64,000 nt of DNA from a phage. The position numbers were made by a program, and so were the translations under genes. Location of the stretch: sequence record PZ452579.1. One strand, written 5' to 3'. Positions 1 to 9,587 of this stretch are shown here, piece by piece. The notes beneath the pieces are model-generated. The model saw only the letters and a program-made list of their open reading frames with translations. It searched no databases and had not been told where the DNA came from. Position 1 is the first letter of the stretch. The number at the start of each line of letters is the position of its first letter.

Positions 1-768
1 TTTTTTAACTCCACTTGTAGTTGGAGTATAGCTAAATGTAGAGTTAGTTTCTCCACCAACTTGTGAATCATCTACATACCACTGATACGTAGCAGACGCT
101 CCAACTGGTTGAGAAGCTAAGGCAGCAGTAAATTGAACTGGGGTTCCAATTACTCCAGCTGAAGGACTATCAGGAGTTACTGCCAAAGTAGTTGTCTGTG
201 TCTTTTTATTAACAGTCAGTGACACTTCATTAGAAGTAACGCTTAGTGCGTCATAATCTGTTGCGGTTACTTGAGCCACACACTTAATTCTTTTTACCCC
301 GCTTTCGGCAGGAGTGTAATTGAACGTAGCGTTAGTTGCTTCGCCCACAGGAGAATCATCTACATACCACTGATACGTAGCGTTTGCGCCCGATGGCTGC
401 GAAGCTAAAGCGGCAGTAAATTCAATAGCTGTTCCGATTACTCCAGCGTCAGGGCTATTAGGAGTTACAGCTAAGGTGGTCGTTTGTGTCTTATTTTGAA
501 CTGTGATAGTTGTAGTAGCTTCTGCTGTTTCAGCATCAGTATCTGGAACTGTATTTGTTGCAACTACTTTAATAGTCTTTTGACCGGCAGGTCCTTTTAG
601 TACATAACTAAAAGTTGCTTCAGCTCCATCTTGTGGAACATCATCTACAGTCCAAGCATATGTAATAGGTCCATCCCCAGTTTGACCACTGGGTGTAGCA
701 GTAAACTGCTGAGTCTGATCTATAACTCCAGTAGGTGTTTTAGGAGTTATATCAACTGTAAAAGCCAT
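1..768 (-). CDS. hoc: Hoc (highly immunogenic outer capsid protein), N-terminal part; gene runs off the window start
   Basis: Minus-strand ORF with ATG at 768..766; translation MAFTVDITPKTPTGV... matches remembered T4 Hoc N-terminus; tandem Ig-like domain repeats visible at DNA level. Confidence 0.85.
   Translation of the reverse strand, partial: MAFTVDITPKTPTGVIDQTQQFTATPSGQTGDGPITYAWTVDDVPQDGAEATFSYVLKGPAGQKTIKVVATNTVPDTDAETAEATTTITVQNKTQTTTLAVTPNSPDAGVIGTAIEFTAALASQPSGANATYQWYVDDSPVGEATNATFNYTPAESGVKRIKCVAQVTATDYDALSVTSNEVSLTVNKKTQTTTLAVTPDSPSAGVIGTPVQFTAALASQPVGASATYQWYVDDSQVGGETNSTFSYTPTTSGVKK
60..560 (-). repeat. Tandem duplicated ~290-bp segments inside hoc (Ig-like domain repeats)
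   Basis: Motif catctacataccactgatacgtagc recurs at ~69-93 and ~358-382 with similar flanks. Confidence 0.6.
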
Positions 769-777
769 AAGTTATCC

Positions 778-1446
778 TTATTTTAATGTTACGAAAGAAG
801 AATTACGAGTTTCACGAATTAAAACTGATCCATCGCGATTAATGTAATAAATTAAGCTAAATAATGTTTGGTGAGCAGAAGCATGCACAAAACTAGTTGG
901 GCGAGATTTCCAATCTGGGGTTTCGGCTATCCATTGATAAATCCACCAAGGAACAGTAACATACCCTAGGCCTTTGCCTAATTTAATGAGTGTAGGACTA
1001 AAATTTTCAGGCAGAACAAATTTTACTTCTTTATTTACCTCTGTCTCAGGCTCTTTTTCAGATTCAACAACCTGAGTAATTGCTTCTTCGAATTTATCAT
1101 GGTCAAATTCTTTTTCTTGTTCGACAACTTCTAATACTTCAACTTGTTCTGTTGGAGAATCAAACAACAGAATAGCTTCTTCTTTAACTTCTTCGTTGGT
1201 GAAATTAACACCGTCCACATCATCTGCGGCAGTAATTAAATCGGTGATAGATAATCCATCAGTTTCAGGTAATGGTTCATCAGCCAGTGCGTTAAGAGCT
1301 TCTTCGATATCAATAACAATATTATCGAATGATTTTGTTTTCTTAACACTAATGCCAAATTGTTCCGCATATTCAAACAGTTTAGCTTTGGCTTCCTTTT
1401 TATCAGAAAGAGCACGTAACTCTTCAATATAGTCTTTATCGATCAT
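778..1446 (-). CDS. inh: Acidic 222-aa protein between hoc and uvsW; probable Inh (prohead protease inhibitor) by synteny
   Basis: Track ORF; position and size match T4 inh (~226 aa); GAGG RBS before ATG at 1446; sequence identity not confirmed from memory. Confidence 0.5.
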   Translation of the reverse strand: MIDKDYIEELRALSDKKEAKAKLFEYAEQFGISVKKTKSFDNIVIDIEEALNALADEPLPETDGLSITDLITAADDVDGVNFTNEEVKEEAILLFDSPTEQVEVLEVVEQEKEFDHDKFEEAITQVVESEKEPETEVNKEVKFVLPENFSPTLIKLGKGLGYVTVPWWIYQWIAETPDWKSRPTSFVHASAHQTLFSLIYYINRDGSVLIRETRNSSFVTLK

Positions 1447-1459
1447 GATATTTCCTCGT

Positions 1460-1467
1460 TATAAATA
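1460..1467 (+). promoter_or_regulatory. T4 late promoter TATAAATA upstream of uvsW
   Basis: Exact TATAAATA 30 nt upstream of uvsW ATG. Confidence 0.6.
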
Positions 1468-1496
1468 TAACTATATTTATTACATGGTAATTTGAC

Positions 1497-3011
1497 ATGA
1501 CTGACATTAAAGTACATTTTCATGATTTTAGTCACGTGCGCATTGAATGTGACGAAAGTACGTTTTACGAACTTCGTGACTTTTTTAGCTTTGAAGCTGA
1601 CGGGTATAAATTTAACCCAAAATATCGCTATGGGCAATGGGATGGTAGAATTCGACTTTTAGATTACAACCGTTTGTTACCATATGGACTTGTAGGACAA
1701 ATAAAAAAGTTCTGTAACAATATGAGTTATTCTGTATGGATTGACCCTAAAATCTTTGAGACTGAAGACCTTACCAGGGAAGATTTTGACGCATGGCTTT
1801 CTAAACAAGAAATTTATTCAGGCAACGCCAAAATCGAACCACATTGGTATCAAAAAGATGCAGTATATGAAGGACTAGTTAATCGTCGTCGAATTTTAAA
1901 CCTTCCGACATCAGCAGGTAAATCACTAATCCAAGCACTTTTAGCTCGGTATTATCTAGAGAACTATGAAGGTAAAATTCTCATTATCGTCCCTACAACA
2001 GCATTGACAACCCAGATGGCTAATGATTTTGTTGATTATCGCTTGTTTAGTCATTCGATGATTAAGAAAATTGGCGGTGGTGCTGATAAAGCGGACAAAT
2101 CTAAAAGCGATGCTCCAATTATTGTTGGCACATGGCAAACGGTAGTTAAGCAGCCTAAAGAATGGTTCTCTCAGTTCGGTATGATGATGAACGATGAATG
2201 CCACTTAGCAACAGGCAAAAGTATTTCTTCAATCATCTCAGGATTAAATAATTGCATGTTTAAATTCGGTTTATCTGGCTCATTAAGAGACGGAAAAGCC
2301 AATGTAATGCAGTATGTAGGCATGTTCGGCGAAATCTTCCGTCCTGTTAGCACGTCTAAATTAATGGAAGACGGACAGGTAACTGAGCTTAAGATTAATA
2401 GTATTTTCCTTCGTTATCCGGACGAATTCACCATTAAATTAAAAGGTAAAACATACCAAGAAGAAGTTAAAATTATTACCGGACTAAAACGTCGTACAAA
2501 GTGGATTGCTCAACTTTCGGTCAAATTGGCTAAGAAAGACGAGAACGCCTTTGTAATGTTTAAACACGTTACACACGGTAAAGAAATATTTGAAGCTATT
2601 AAAGAGCTTGGATATGAAAAAGTTTATTACGTATCAGGTGAAGTTGATACTGAAACACGTAACGCGCTTAAAGTCATGGCAGAAAATTGTAAAGGCATTA
2701 TTATTGTTGCATCATATGGAGTATTCTCTACTGGTATTTCAGTCAAGAATCTTCATCATGTTATTTTTGCCCATGGTGTTAAATCAAAAATTATCGTACT
2801 TCAAACCGTAGGTCGTGTGCTTCGTAAGCATGGTTCTAAAGCTGTTGCTACAGTTTGGGATCTCATAGATGACGCAGGTGTAAAACCTAAATCATTAAAT
2901 ACTAAAAAGAAGTATACTCATCTTAATTACTTGTTAAAACACGGTATTGATCGTATCCAACGTTACGCTGATGAGAAATTTAACTATGTAATGAAAACAA
3001 TTAATTTATAA
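1497..3011 (+). CDS. uvsW: UvsW recombination/repair DNA helicase
   Basis: 504 aa; near-identical over long stretches to remembered T4 UvsW (MTDIKVHFHDFSHVRI..., PTSAGKS Walker A, DECH box). Confidence 0.97.
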   Translation: MTDIKVHFHDFSHVRIECDESTFYELRDFFSFEADGYKFNPKYRYGQWDGRIRLLDYNRLLPYGLVGQIKKFCNNMSYSVWIDPKIFETEDLTREDFDAWLSKQEIYSGNAKIEPHWYQKDAVYEGLVNRRRILNLPTSAGKSLIQALLARYYLENYEGKILIIVPTTALTTQMANDFVDYRLFSHSMIKKIGGGADKADKSKSDAPIIVGTWQTVVKQPKEWFSQFGMMMNDECHLATGKSISSIISGLNNCMFKFGLSGSLRDGKANVMQYVGMFGEIFRPVSTSKLMEDGQVTELKINSIFLRYPDEFTIKLKGKTYQEEVKIITGLKRRTKWIAQLSVKLAKKDENAFVMFKHVTHGKEIFEAIKELGYEKVYYVSGEVDTETRNALKVMAENCKGIIIVASYGVFSTGISVKNLHHVIFAHGVKSKIIVLQTVGRVLRKHGSKAVATVWDLIDDAGVKPKSLNTKKKYTHLNYLLKHGIDRIQRYADEKFNYVMKTINL

Positions 3012-3023
3012 GGGCTTCGGCCC
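3012..3023 (+). other. Intercistronic GGGC-UUCG-GCCC tetraloop hairpin between uvsW and uvsW.1
   Basis: gggcttcggccc directly after uvsW stop; no U-tract; RBS of next gene follows. Confidence 0.55.
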
Positions 3024-3036
3024 TTAGGAGATAAAA

Positions 3037-3267
3037 ATGGTACTTGAATTTAAACAATTTTTATACGAAGCATCTATTGACGAATTCATGGGTAAAATTG
3101 CTAGTTGTCATACCTTAGAAGGGCTTGAAGAATTGGAAGCTTATTATAAGAAACGTATAAAAGAAACGGAATTAAAAGATACAGATGATATTTCTGTCAG
3201 GGATGCCTTAGCAGGTAAGCGTGCCGAACTTGAAGGCGATGATGAGGATGCGGAAGAAGACTTCTAA
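3037..3267 (+). CDS. uvsW.1: UvsW.1 small acidic protein
   Basis: 76-aa ORF immediately downstream of uvsW with AGGAG RBS; synteny with T4 uvsW.1. Confidence 0.8.
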   Translation: MVLEFKQFLYEASIDEFMGKIASCHTLEGLEELEAYYKKRIKETELKDTDDISVRDALAGKRAELEGDDEDAEEDF

Positions 3268-3270
3268 TTA

Positions 3271-3298
3271 AAAAAGGCCCGACCTTTTTGGAAGGGCC
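3271..3298. terminator. Probable bidirectional hairpin terminator between convergent uvsW.1 and uvsY.-2-like gene
   Basis: aaaaagg-cccga-ccttttt and ggccc...gggcc inverted repeats flanked by A/T runs. Confidence 0.45.
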
Positions 3299-3324
3299 AA
3301 AAACCATAGGCAAAAAAGGTAACA

Positions 3325-3492
3325 CTATAGTAAAAGTTGGGTTTCGTTCAATTGCTCTTCTGAACTTTCTGAAACCGGCAATTGTTGGACATAATTATAA
3401 CAAGGACCAGGATGTGCTGGACCTTTGTCTGTTTCAACAACCAATGCAGAATCGATTGGAGTTTTACAGACAACACAAATCTTATCTGACAT
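3325..3492 (-). CDS. Small CxxC protein (55 aa), uvsY.-2-like; absent from the ORF track
   Basis: Manual translation MSDKICVVCKTPIDSALVVETDKGPAHPGPCYNYVQQLPVSESSEEQLNETQLLL; late promoter motif just upstream. Confidence 0.45.
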   Translation of the reverse strand: MSDKICVVCKTPIDSALVVETDKGPAHPGPCYNYVQQLPVSESSEEQLNETQLLL

Positions 3493-3517
3493 GATTGTCT
3501 CCTCTGAATTATATATC

Positions 3518-3525
3518 TATTTATA
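3518..3525 (-). promoter_or_regulatory. T4 late promoter (TATAAATA on minus strand)
   Basis: tatttata on + strand 26 nt upstream of the 3492 start. Confidence 0.5.
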
Positions 3526-3629
3526 ACCCCATCTTAAAACGCATTTCTTGTACACGCTTTAAACATGCTTCCATTTCTGCTAAAAGTCTAAATACTTCTT
3601 TATAATTTGTCATATTTACCCCATATCTC

Positions 3630-3842
3630 TCATATGCATATCAATGCCCATATCTTTAGAATAAAAATATTCATCAAGATATCCGGCAAATTTTCCTTTA
3701 ATATAAAGGACATCTTCACCACACGGGTGGTCGTCAGGATACGAATATCCTGACGACGTAGACGATACTTTTCCATTAAGAATTTAATTTCAGTTTCAAA
3801 TTCTTCATCATTATTAAAGGCATCTTCAATTGAATAACGCAT
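3630..3842 (-). CDS. UvsY.-1-like small protein
   Basis: 70-aa ORF directly downstream of uvsY; synteny. Confidence 0.6.
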   Translation of the reverse strand: MRYSIEDAFNNDEEFETEIKFLMEKYRLRRQDIRILTTTRVVKMSFILKENLPDILMNIFILKIWALICI

Positions 3843-4255
3843 TATTGCCCCGCTTCAAATTCTCGCATATCCTGGATATGTTTAAGTGCAAAACTACGAG
3901 ACTTAACTGCGTCAAGTGCACCACTACAGAACTCAAGTAAAATTCCCCAGTATTGTAAAGTAGTCTCTATTTTAAGCACATCTTTATCTGCAGCCAGGAC
4001 AGTTTTCATTTCAGATTTCTCGTATCGGTCCATACTGAATTCATCACCATCACCTCGTCCCGAGTAGTAGTCTAATCTTGCTTTTAGAGCAGTTTTCTTC
4101 TGAGTCTCTATACGCAACATTTCTTTACGAATAAATGAGTGCTTACGTAGCCATTTGCTGTATAACTTAACATTATTCGCCGTCTCATATTGCAACTTTG
4201 TCGTATCAATAGCTAAGTCTGCGTCTAACTCTTCCTGTAAATCTTCCAGCTTCAT
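3842..4255 (-). CDS. uvsY: UvsY recombination mediator protein
   Basis: 137 aa from internal Met (MKLEDLQEEL...); matches remembered T4 UvsY (LQYWGILL, SGRGDGDEFSMDRYEKSEMKTV); track ORF extends further 5' through the upstream region. Confidence 0.93.
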   Translation of the reverse strand: MKLEDLQEELDADLAIDTTKLQYETANNVKLYSKWLRKHSFIRKEMLRIETQKKTALKARLDYYSGRGDGDEFSMDRYEKSEMKTVLAADKDVLKIETTLQYWGILLEFCSGALDAVKSRSFALKHIQDMREFEAGQ

Positions 4256-4310
4256 AATATTCTCTCTTTTAACTAATAATCTCCCGGCTGTATCGGAAGG
4301 ACCTAAAACC

Positions 4311-4335
4311 ATTATACATAGGTTGCCTTGAAGCA
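4311..4335 (-). promoter_or_regulatory. MotA-dependent middle promoter for uvsY
   Basis: Minus strand reads TGCTTCA - 12 nt - TATAAT, about 55 nt upstream of uvsY ATG. Confidence 0.5.
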
Positions 4336-4734
4336 TTACACTCTATTGCTTGACGCTAACTGAAGTTTAATTTGTTCAATATCGTCAGGGTTGTCTACGA
4401 CCGAAAATCTAATCTCTACTATAACCGTATAGTCGTCATATACTGGCGTTACACTTACAGAAAGTTTGTCGATGCGTGGCTCATAGTTACGAACAGCTGC
4501 CTGGATATTACGCTCAATCGTATCGGCTGTAAGTGGTGTCATGTTCTCGAAAAGTTCATCGACCAAATCGCATCCAAATTCAGGGTCGAAGGGGCGTGAG
4601 CCTTTTCTAGTTGTCACTATGCCAAGAAGACTATTTTTAATAGAACGAAGTCCTACAGAACGAGCAACGTCCTTGTTCCAATCCATACGCATTTCTGGGT
4701 CGATATCTGAATAAAGTTTATTGATATTAGACAT
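4336..4734 (-). CDS. 25: Baseplate wedge protein gp25
   Basis: 132 aa; MSNINKLYSDIDPEMRMDWNKD... matches T4 gp25; synteny. Confidence 0.93.
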   Translation of the reverse strand: MSNINKLYSDIDPEMRMDWNKDVARSVGLRSIKNSLLGIVTTRKGSRPFDPEFGCDLVDELFENMTPLTADTIERNIQAAVRNYEPRIDKLSVSVTPVYDDYTVIVEIRFSVVDNPDDIEQIKLQLASSNRV

Positions 4735-5360
4735 TATAGTAACTCAAAGAATTCTTTGAGGCCTCGTATTGTGTGAACGTGTGATGCCCCACATTTGGGA
4801 CATTTAATAGGGGTTGCCAGATAAATTGATGGCGATACCAAAAGATTTTTAATATTGATCATGTCATCTTCTGTTATAAGGCCGTAAAGGTCGTTTATTT
4901 CCGCTTCAGTTAAATCTTCAACAGGGATGGACTCTCCATTGACAAAAACAGCCTCAATACATGAAGCAATCATTAATGCGATATTTTTATCGTCAAATAA
5001 TTTAGGTTGACGGAACTTAATTTTAATACCACTAAACGAATACCAGGGATCGGCCTGTTCATCCAATTGAGTGTGCAATAAATTCATATAGACTTGAAAT
5101 GAATGCCCACAGGAACAATTCCAGGTGTGTTCTTGATTCACTTCACCTAACGAATGTGCCCACAGATTTACCAACAATAGCTCGGCTTCTTGTTTAGTCA
5201 AGTTTTTAGCATTAGAGCAATTAGTGATAATATTGTTCACTGCTGATTCAATAGTACCGGTAGCCAGCGCACCTATGAGTCCTAAATATTCTTTTAAAGT
5301 AAAGGCTCTACAATTCACTTCTTTATCGCCTAAACGTACGGTAAACGTATATTTGTACAT
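4734..5360 (-). CDS. 26: Baseplate hub protein gp26
   Basis: 208 aa as in T4; position between 25 and 51. Confidence 0.85.
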   Translation of the reverse strand: MYKYTFTVRLGDKEVNCRAFTLKEYLGLIGALATGTIESAVNNIITNCSNAKNLTKQEAELLLVNLWAHSLGEVNQEHTWNCSCGHSFQVYMNLLHTQLDEQADPWYSFSGIKIKFRQPKLFDDKNIALMIASCIEAVFVNGESIPVEDLTEAEINDLYGLITEDDMINIKNLLVSPSIYLATPIKCPKCGASHVHTIRGLKEFFELL

Positions 5361-5378
5361 GTTAACTCCTTTATTGTG

Positions 5379-5386
5379 TATTTATA
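5379..5386 (-). promoter_or_regulatory. T4 late promoter for genes 26-25 (overlaps the divergent gene 51 late promoter)
   Basis: tatttata on + strand, 19 nt upstream of gene 26 ATG. Confidence 0.6.
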
Positions 5387-5390
5387 AATA
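5383..5390 (+). promoter_or_regulatory. T4 late promoter for gene 51
   Basis: TATAAATA 18 nt upstream of gene 51 ATG. Confidence 0.6.
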
Positions 5391-5407
5391 ATAGAAAAGG
5401 AGTAATT

Positions 5408-6160
5408 ATGGCTAATATAATTCGTTGTAAATTACCGGATGGTGTTCATCGTTTCAAGCCGTTCACCGTGGCGGATTATAGAGACTTTTTACTAGTTAGA
5501 AATGATATCGAACATCGTTCGCCACAAGAACAAAAAGAAATAATTGCCGATCTGATTGATGATTATTTTAACGAATACCCTAAAACATGGCAACCATTTA
5601 TATTCCTGCAAGTTTTTGCAGGCTCTATAGGCAAAACAAAAGTTCCCGTTATTTTCACTTGCCCTAAATGCTCTAAAGAAAAAACTGCACCATTTGAGAT
5701 ATATCAAAAAGAACTAGTCGAACCTGAACTTGATGTTGCTGGTATAAAAATACGTTTTTCTTTCCCTGAAAAGTTTTATGACAACAAGGCATTAATGATA
5801 AGTGAAAACATAAAAGAAATATATTATAATGATGAATGGTACCCATGGAATGATTTGACTGAAGAGAACCAAATCCAAGTAATAGAAGCAATAGACATTG
5901 ACTCGCTCGAGAAGGTTATTGCTTCTATGAACCCTATTAATTTGACCCTTAGATTAGGTTGTTGTGAACGTCATGTTAAAACATATACTGATATCTTAGA
6001 GGTTTTTAAATTGTTAGTTAACCCTGATGAGATTTTTACATTCTATCAGATAAACCATTCACTAGTAAAGAGTCAATACACATTGGATTCTATTATGCAA
6101 ATGATTCCTGTTGAACGTGGTATTGCTTTAACATTAGTAGAAAAGGACCATAAAAAATGA
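5408..6160 (+). CDS. 51: Baseplate hub assembly protein gp51
   Basis: 250 aa; synteny and size match T4 gp51. Confidence 0.85.
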   Translation: MANIIRCKLPDGVHRFKPFTVADYRDFLLVRNDIEHRSPQEQKEIIADLIDDYFNEYPKTWQPFIFLQVFAGSIGKTKVPVIFTCPKCSKEKTAPFEIYQKELVEPELDVAGIKIRFSFPEKFYDNKALMISENIKEIYYNDEWYPWNDLTEENQIQVIEAIDIDSLEKVIASMNPINLTLRLGCCERHVKTYTDILEVFKLLVNPDEIFTFYQINHSLVKSQYTLDSIMQMIPVERGIALTLVEKDHKK

Positions 6161-7329
6161 CAGTATTCCAACGTCCAGGATATCCTAACTTAAGCGTTAA
6201 ATTATATCAAGATTATTCGGCTTGGCAAGAAAATAGATACGTTGAACTCGCGGCAACAATAACAACTTTAACCATGCGAGATTCGCTATATGGAAGAAAT
6301 GAAGGGATTCTTCAATTTTATGACACTAAAAACATCCACACTAAAATGGATGGTAGACAGATAGTCCAAATCTCTGTTTCAAATTCAAACACACCTCTCC
6401 AAGTTAGAACTCGAATTTACGGATGTAGACATTATTCTGTGTCTGTGGACTCAAAAGGTGACAATATTATTGCAATTGAGCTTGGAACAATACATTCTAT
6501 AGAGAACCTTAAATTTGGGCGACCATTCTTCCCAGACGCAGGAGAATCTATACGTGAAATGTTAGGTGTCATATATAAAGACCGTACGTTAATTACTCCG
6601 CCAATAAACACTATTAATGCTTATGTTCCTGATATTCCTTGGACAAGCACATTTGATGATTATTTGGCATATGTCAGAGAATTAGGACTTGCTACAGCGA
6701 GTGATAAGTTCGTATTCGTATGGCAAGATATTTTAGGCGTAAACATGATTGACTACGATACTCTTATTGGTCAGGAAGGCATTAAGATGGTTGTAGGCGA
6801 GCCAAATACCGTAGGTCAGTATATTCAAGAGCTTGAGTATCCATTAGTATGGGATTTCACCTGGATGACTAAAGCTAACCAATTCACAAGAGACCCTATT
6901 AAAAACGCCACGATATTCGCCCATTCATTTTTAGATACATCTATTCCGGTTATTGTTACAGGCGATGGTGATAATGCTATTGTTGTGTCAAGATCCGGTG
7001 GATATTCCGAAATGACCTATCGTAATGGATTTGAAGAAGCAAGTCGTCTTCAGACAATGGCTCAATATGACGGATATGCTAAATGCACTACTACAGGTAA
7101 TTTTAACATAACGCCTGCTACTAAAATTATATTTGTTGACCAAAAGAACCAATTCAAATCCGAATTTTACGTCGATGAAGTTATTCATGAGTTATCAAAT
7201 AACAACTCACAAACTCATCTGTACATGTTTACCAACTCAATGGTGTTAGAACCTGTTAACCCAGTTAAGGTTAAAAATGAACTTAAATCTGATTCTACCT
7301 CTAAAGAAAATAATTCTACCACAGTCTAA
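6157..7329 (+). CDS. 27: Baseplate hub protein gp27
   Basis: 390 aa (T4 391 aa); synteny; start overlaps gene 51 stop. Confidence 0.9.
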   Translation: MTVFQRPGYPNLSVKLYQDYSAWQENRYVELAATITTLTMRDSLYGRNEGILQFYDTKNIHTKMDGRQIVQISVSNSNTPLQVRTRIYGCRHYSVSVDSKGDNIIAIELGTIHSIENLKFGRPFFPDAGESIREMLGVIYKDRTLITPPINTINAYVPDIPWTSTFDDYLAYVRELGLATASDKFVFVWQDILGVNMIDYDTLIGQEGIKMVVGEPNTVGQYIQELEYPLVWDFTWMTKANQFTRDPIKNATIFAHSFLDTSIPVIVTGDGDNAIVVSRSGGYSEMTYRNGFEEASRLQTMAQYDGYAKCTTTGNFNITPATKIIFVDQKNQFKSEFYVDEVIHELSNNNSQTHLYMFTNSMVLEPVNPVKVKNELKSDSTSKENNSTTV

Positions 7330-7810
7330 TAAAAAGGTAATGATTCCAAAATTAGGGCTCAAACATTATAATCTTTTAAAGGACGTTAAAGGTCCTGACG
7401 AAAACATGAAAATCTTAGCTGATTCTATTTGTAAAAATATGAGTCCCGCAGATTTTGATTTTGCATGTCTACACATATTGGAATTTAATAACAAACTTAA
7501 GTCTGAAGTTGAAAAAGATGGATTCACTTATAAACTAGATGACGTCTATGTATGCCAACGAACAGAATTCCAATTTCAAGGTAATACTTTTTATTTTAGA
7601 CCCCCAGGCAAATTTGAACAATTCGCTACAATCAGTGAAATGCTATCAAATTGCTTAATAAAAGTTAATGACGAAGAGAAAGAAATTTCTTTCCTTGAGA
7701 TGCCTGCTTTTGTAATCAAATGGGCAGAAGACCTTTCGACAACTATTGCTATTCCAGGCCCTAATGGTCCTATTAAGGGTATAGCAGAAATTATTGGATT
7801 GCTTGAATGA
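7277..7810 (+). CDS. 28: Baseplate hub distal subunit gp28
   Basis: 177 aa as in T4; overlaps gp27 3' end by 53 nt; an alternative start at 7340 is possible. Confidence 0.8.
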   Translation: MNLNLILPLKKIILPQSNKKVMIPKLGLKHYNLLKDVKGPDENMKILADSICKNMSPADFDFACLHILEFNNKLKSEVEKDGFTYKLDDVYVCQRTEFQFQGNTFYFRPPGKFEQFATISEMLSNCLIKVNDEEKEISFLEMPAFVIKWAEDLSTTIAIPGPNGPIKGIAEIIGLLE

Positions 7811-9579
7811 AACCTGAAGAAATGAAATCCATGCGTAGAAATAAGGTCATTGCCGATAATAAACCACAAAAAGTAGCTGCAACAGCAGCTACCGATTCAT
7901 TAGAAGCATTGAATGACATTTCATCAAAACTAGACGATGTCCAAGCCGCGTCTGAACTCACATCACAAAGTGTAGAAGATAAAGGCAATGGAATTATTGA
8001 ATCAATTGGAGACTTAAAGAATTCGACAGATAATACTGCTGAAGGCACAGAGCTTATCGCAGAAGTTATTGAAAAACAAACTGAAGTCACTAAAAGTATA
8101 AACGAAGTTTCTAGTGCAATAAGCTCTAAGTTAGACCGATTAGCTACATTATTAGAGCAAAAATTACAAACATCTACCGCTATTCAAAATACAGGAGGCA
8201 CCTCTCTTGAAGTAATTGAGAACGCAATACCTGTTAAAGTGGTTGAGAATGAAACTTCTGACGAGTTGTTTAAAGCATTCCCTACACCTGAAAAGATTGA
8301 TAATAAGCCAGACGAAGATTTCTTCCCAGCCCCGGTTCAAGAAAGTGCTAATTCTACTTCCGATTCTAAAGGCGGAATTAGCTTTAAATTGAGCGATAAA
8401 ATTGCAATGCTCACCAAAACAGTTCAAACCGGGTTTAATAAATCAATATCAATTTCAGACAGAATTGCTGGGATGCTTTTCAAATACACTATAACGGCTG
8501 CTATTGAAGCAGCAAAAATGGCCGCACTTATTCTTGGTATTGTTATCGGTATTGATTTATTGATAGTCCATTTCAAATATTGGACAGACAAGTTCACTTC
8601 TGCCTGGGATTTATTTGATGAAAACTTTACTAAATTCTCCGATGAAGCTAAAGAGTGGGGTAAATTCTTAAGTGATATATTCACTTCTATTGACTCGATA
8701 AAACAATTGTGGGAAGCTGGAGACTGGGGTGGTTTAACCATTGCTATTGTCAAAGGTGTAGGAACAGCATTAATGAACTTAGGTGAACTAATTCAATTAG
8801 GAATGGCTAAACTCTCCGCGTCTATATTGCGTGCTATAGGTTTTGGTGATACCGCGGACGAAATAGAAGGACGTGCTTTGGAAGGATTCCAAGAAACTAC
8901 TGGGAACAAATTAAAGAAAGAAGACCAAGAGAAAGTCGCCAAATATCAAATGAAGCGTGACGGCGGGGAATTAGGAACCGTTTCTAAAGGTCTTGATATG
9001 TTACAACGCGGCAAAACATTCGTTACTAACTGGGTTCGTGGTAATGACAATAAAGAAGAGTTTAGTACAAGCGATGAGCGTGCTGCGGAATCGGCAAAAT
9101 TAAAAGAGTTACCTGAAGAGGAACGTAAAGAGGCATATATAAAAGCTAATGAAACTCGGGCAGCCTTAGTTAGATTTGAGGATTATATCGATAAAATCGA
9201 TATGACTAATCCGGAAAATGCTAAAAACGTTGAGAAGTCTTATGCCGATTTAAGTAAACTTATTAAAGACCCTGAACTTAATAAAACTCCTGTTGTTAAA
9301 AAGGAATTAGATGCTAGATTTGAAAAGCTAAATAATAAAATGGCTGAAGCCAAAAAAGCTCAGACAACAGTTAAGCCTGAATCTTCAACTAAATCTCCGG
9401 AAGCAAAACAAGTTCAGTCAATAGAGAAAGGACGTGCTTCTGAATCTAAACAACAGCAACCGGTAGCGACGATTAGTAATACAAATAATGTCGTCAAAAA
9501 GAATACCGTAGTCCAGAATATGACCCCTGTAACAAGTACAACGGCTCCTGGAATTTTCCATGCCACCGGTGTTAATTAA
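7807..9579 (+). CDS. 29: Baseplate hub / tail tube length determinator gp29
   Basis: 590 aa as in T4; ATGA overlap with gene 28. Confidence 0.9.
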   Translation: MKPEEMKSMRRNKVIADNKPQKVAATAATDSLEALNDISSKLDDVQAASELTSQSVEDKGNGIIESIGDLKNSTDNTAEGTELIAEVIEKQTEVTKSINEVSSAISSKLDRLATLLEQKLQTSTAIQNTGGTSLEVIENAIPVKVVENETSDELFKAFPTPEKIDNKPDEDFFPAPVQESANSTSDSKGGISFKLSDKIAMLTKTVQTGFNKSISISDRIAGMLFKYTITAAIEAAKMAALILGIVIGIDLLIVHFKYWTDKFTSAWDLFDENFTKFSDEAKEWGKFLSDIFTSIDSIKQLWEAGDWGGLTIAIVKGVGTALMNLGELIQLGMAKLSASILRAIGFGDTADEIEGRALEGFQETTGNKLKKEDQEKVAKYQMKRDGGELGTVSKGLDMLQRGKTFVTNWVRGNDNKEEFSTSDERAAESAKLKELPEEERKEAYIKANETRAALVRFEDYIDKIDMTNPENAKNVEKSYADLSKLIKDPELNKTPVVKKELDARFEKLNNKMAEAKKAQTTVKPESSTKSPEAKQVQSIEKGRASESKQQQPVATISNTNNVVKKNTVVQNMTPVTSTTAPGIFHATGVN

Positions 9580-9587
9580 GGATTATT

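Noticed and set aside
1196-1432. + strand 78-aa ORF inside inh
   Set aside because: Antisense to a well-supported gene, low-complexity serine-rich translation, no RBS or promoter context.
3288-3494. + strand 68-aa track ORF
   Set aside because: No RBS and implausible composition; the opposite strand encodes a CxxC protein with a late promoter.
3521-3613. 30-aa minus-strand ORF (MTNYKEVFRLLAEMEACLKRVQEMRFKMGL) between uvsY.-1 and the late promoter
   Set aside because: Too short to support without comparative evidence, and its stop codon lies inside the TATAAATA element.
3842-4336. 164-aa extended form of uvsY
   Set aside because: The N-terminal 27 codons are read-through of the upstream region; the internal Met gives the canonical 137-aa UvsY.
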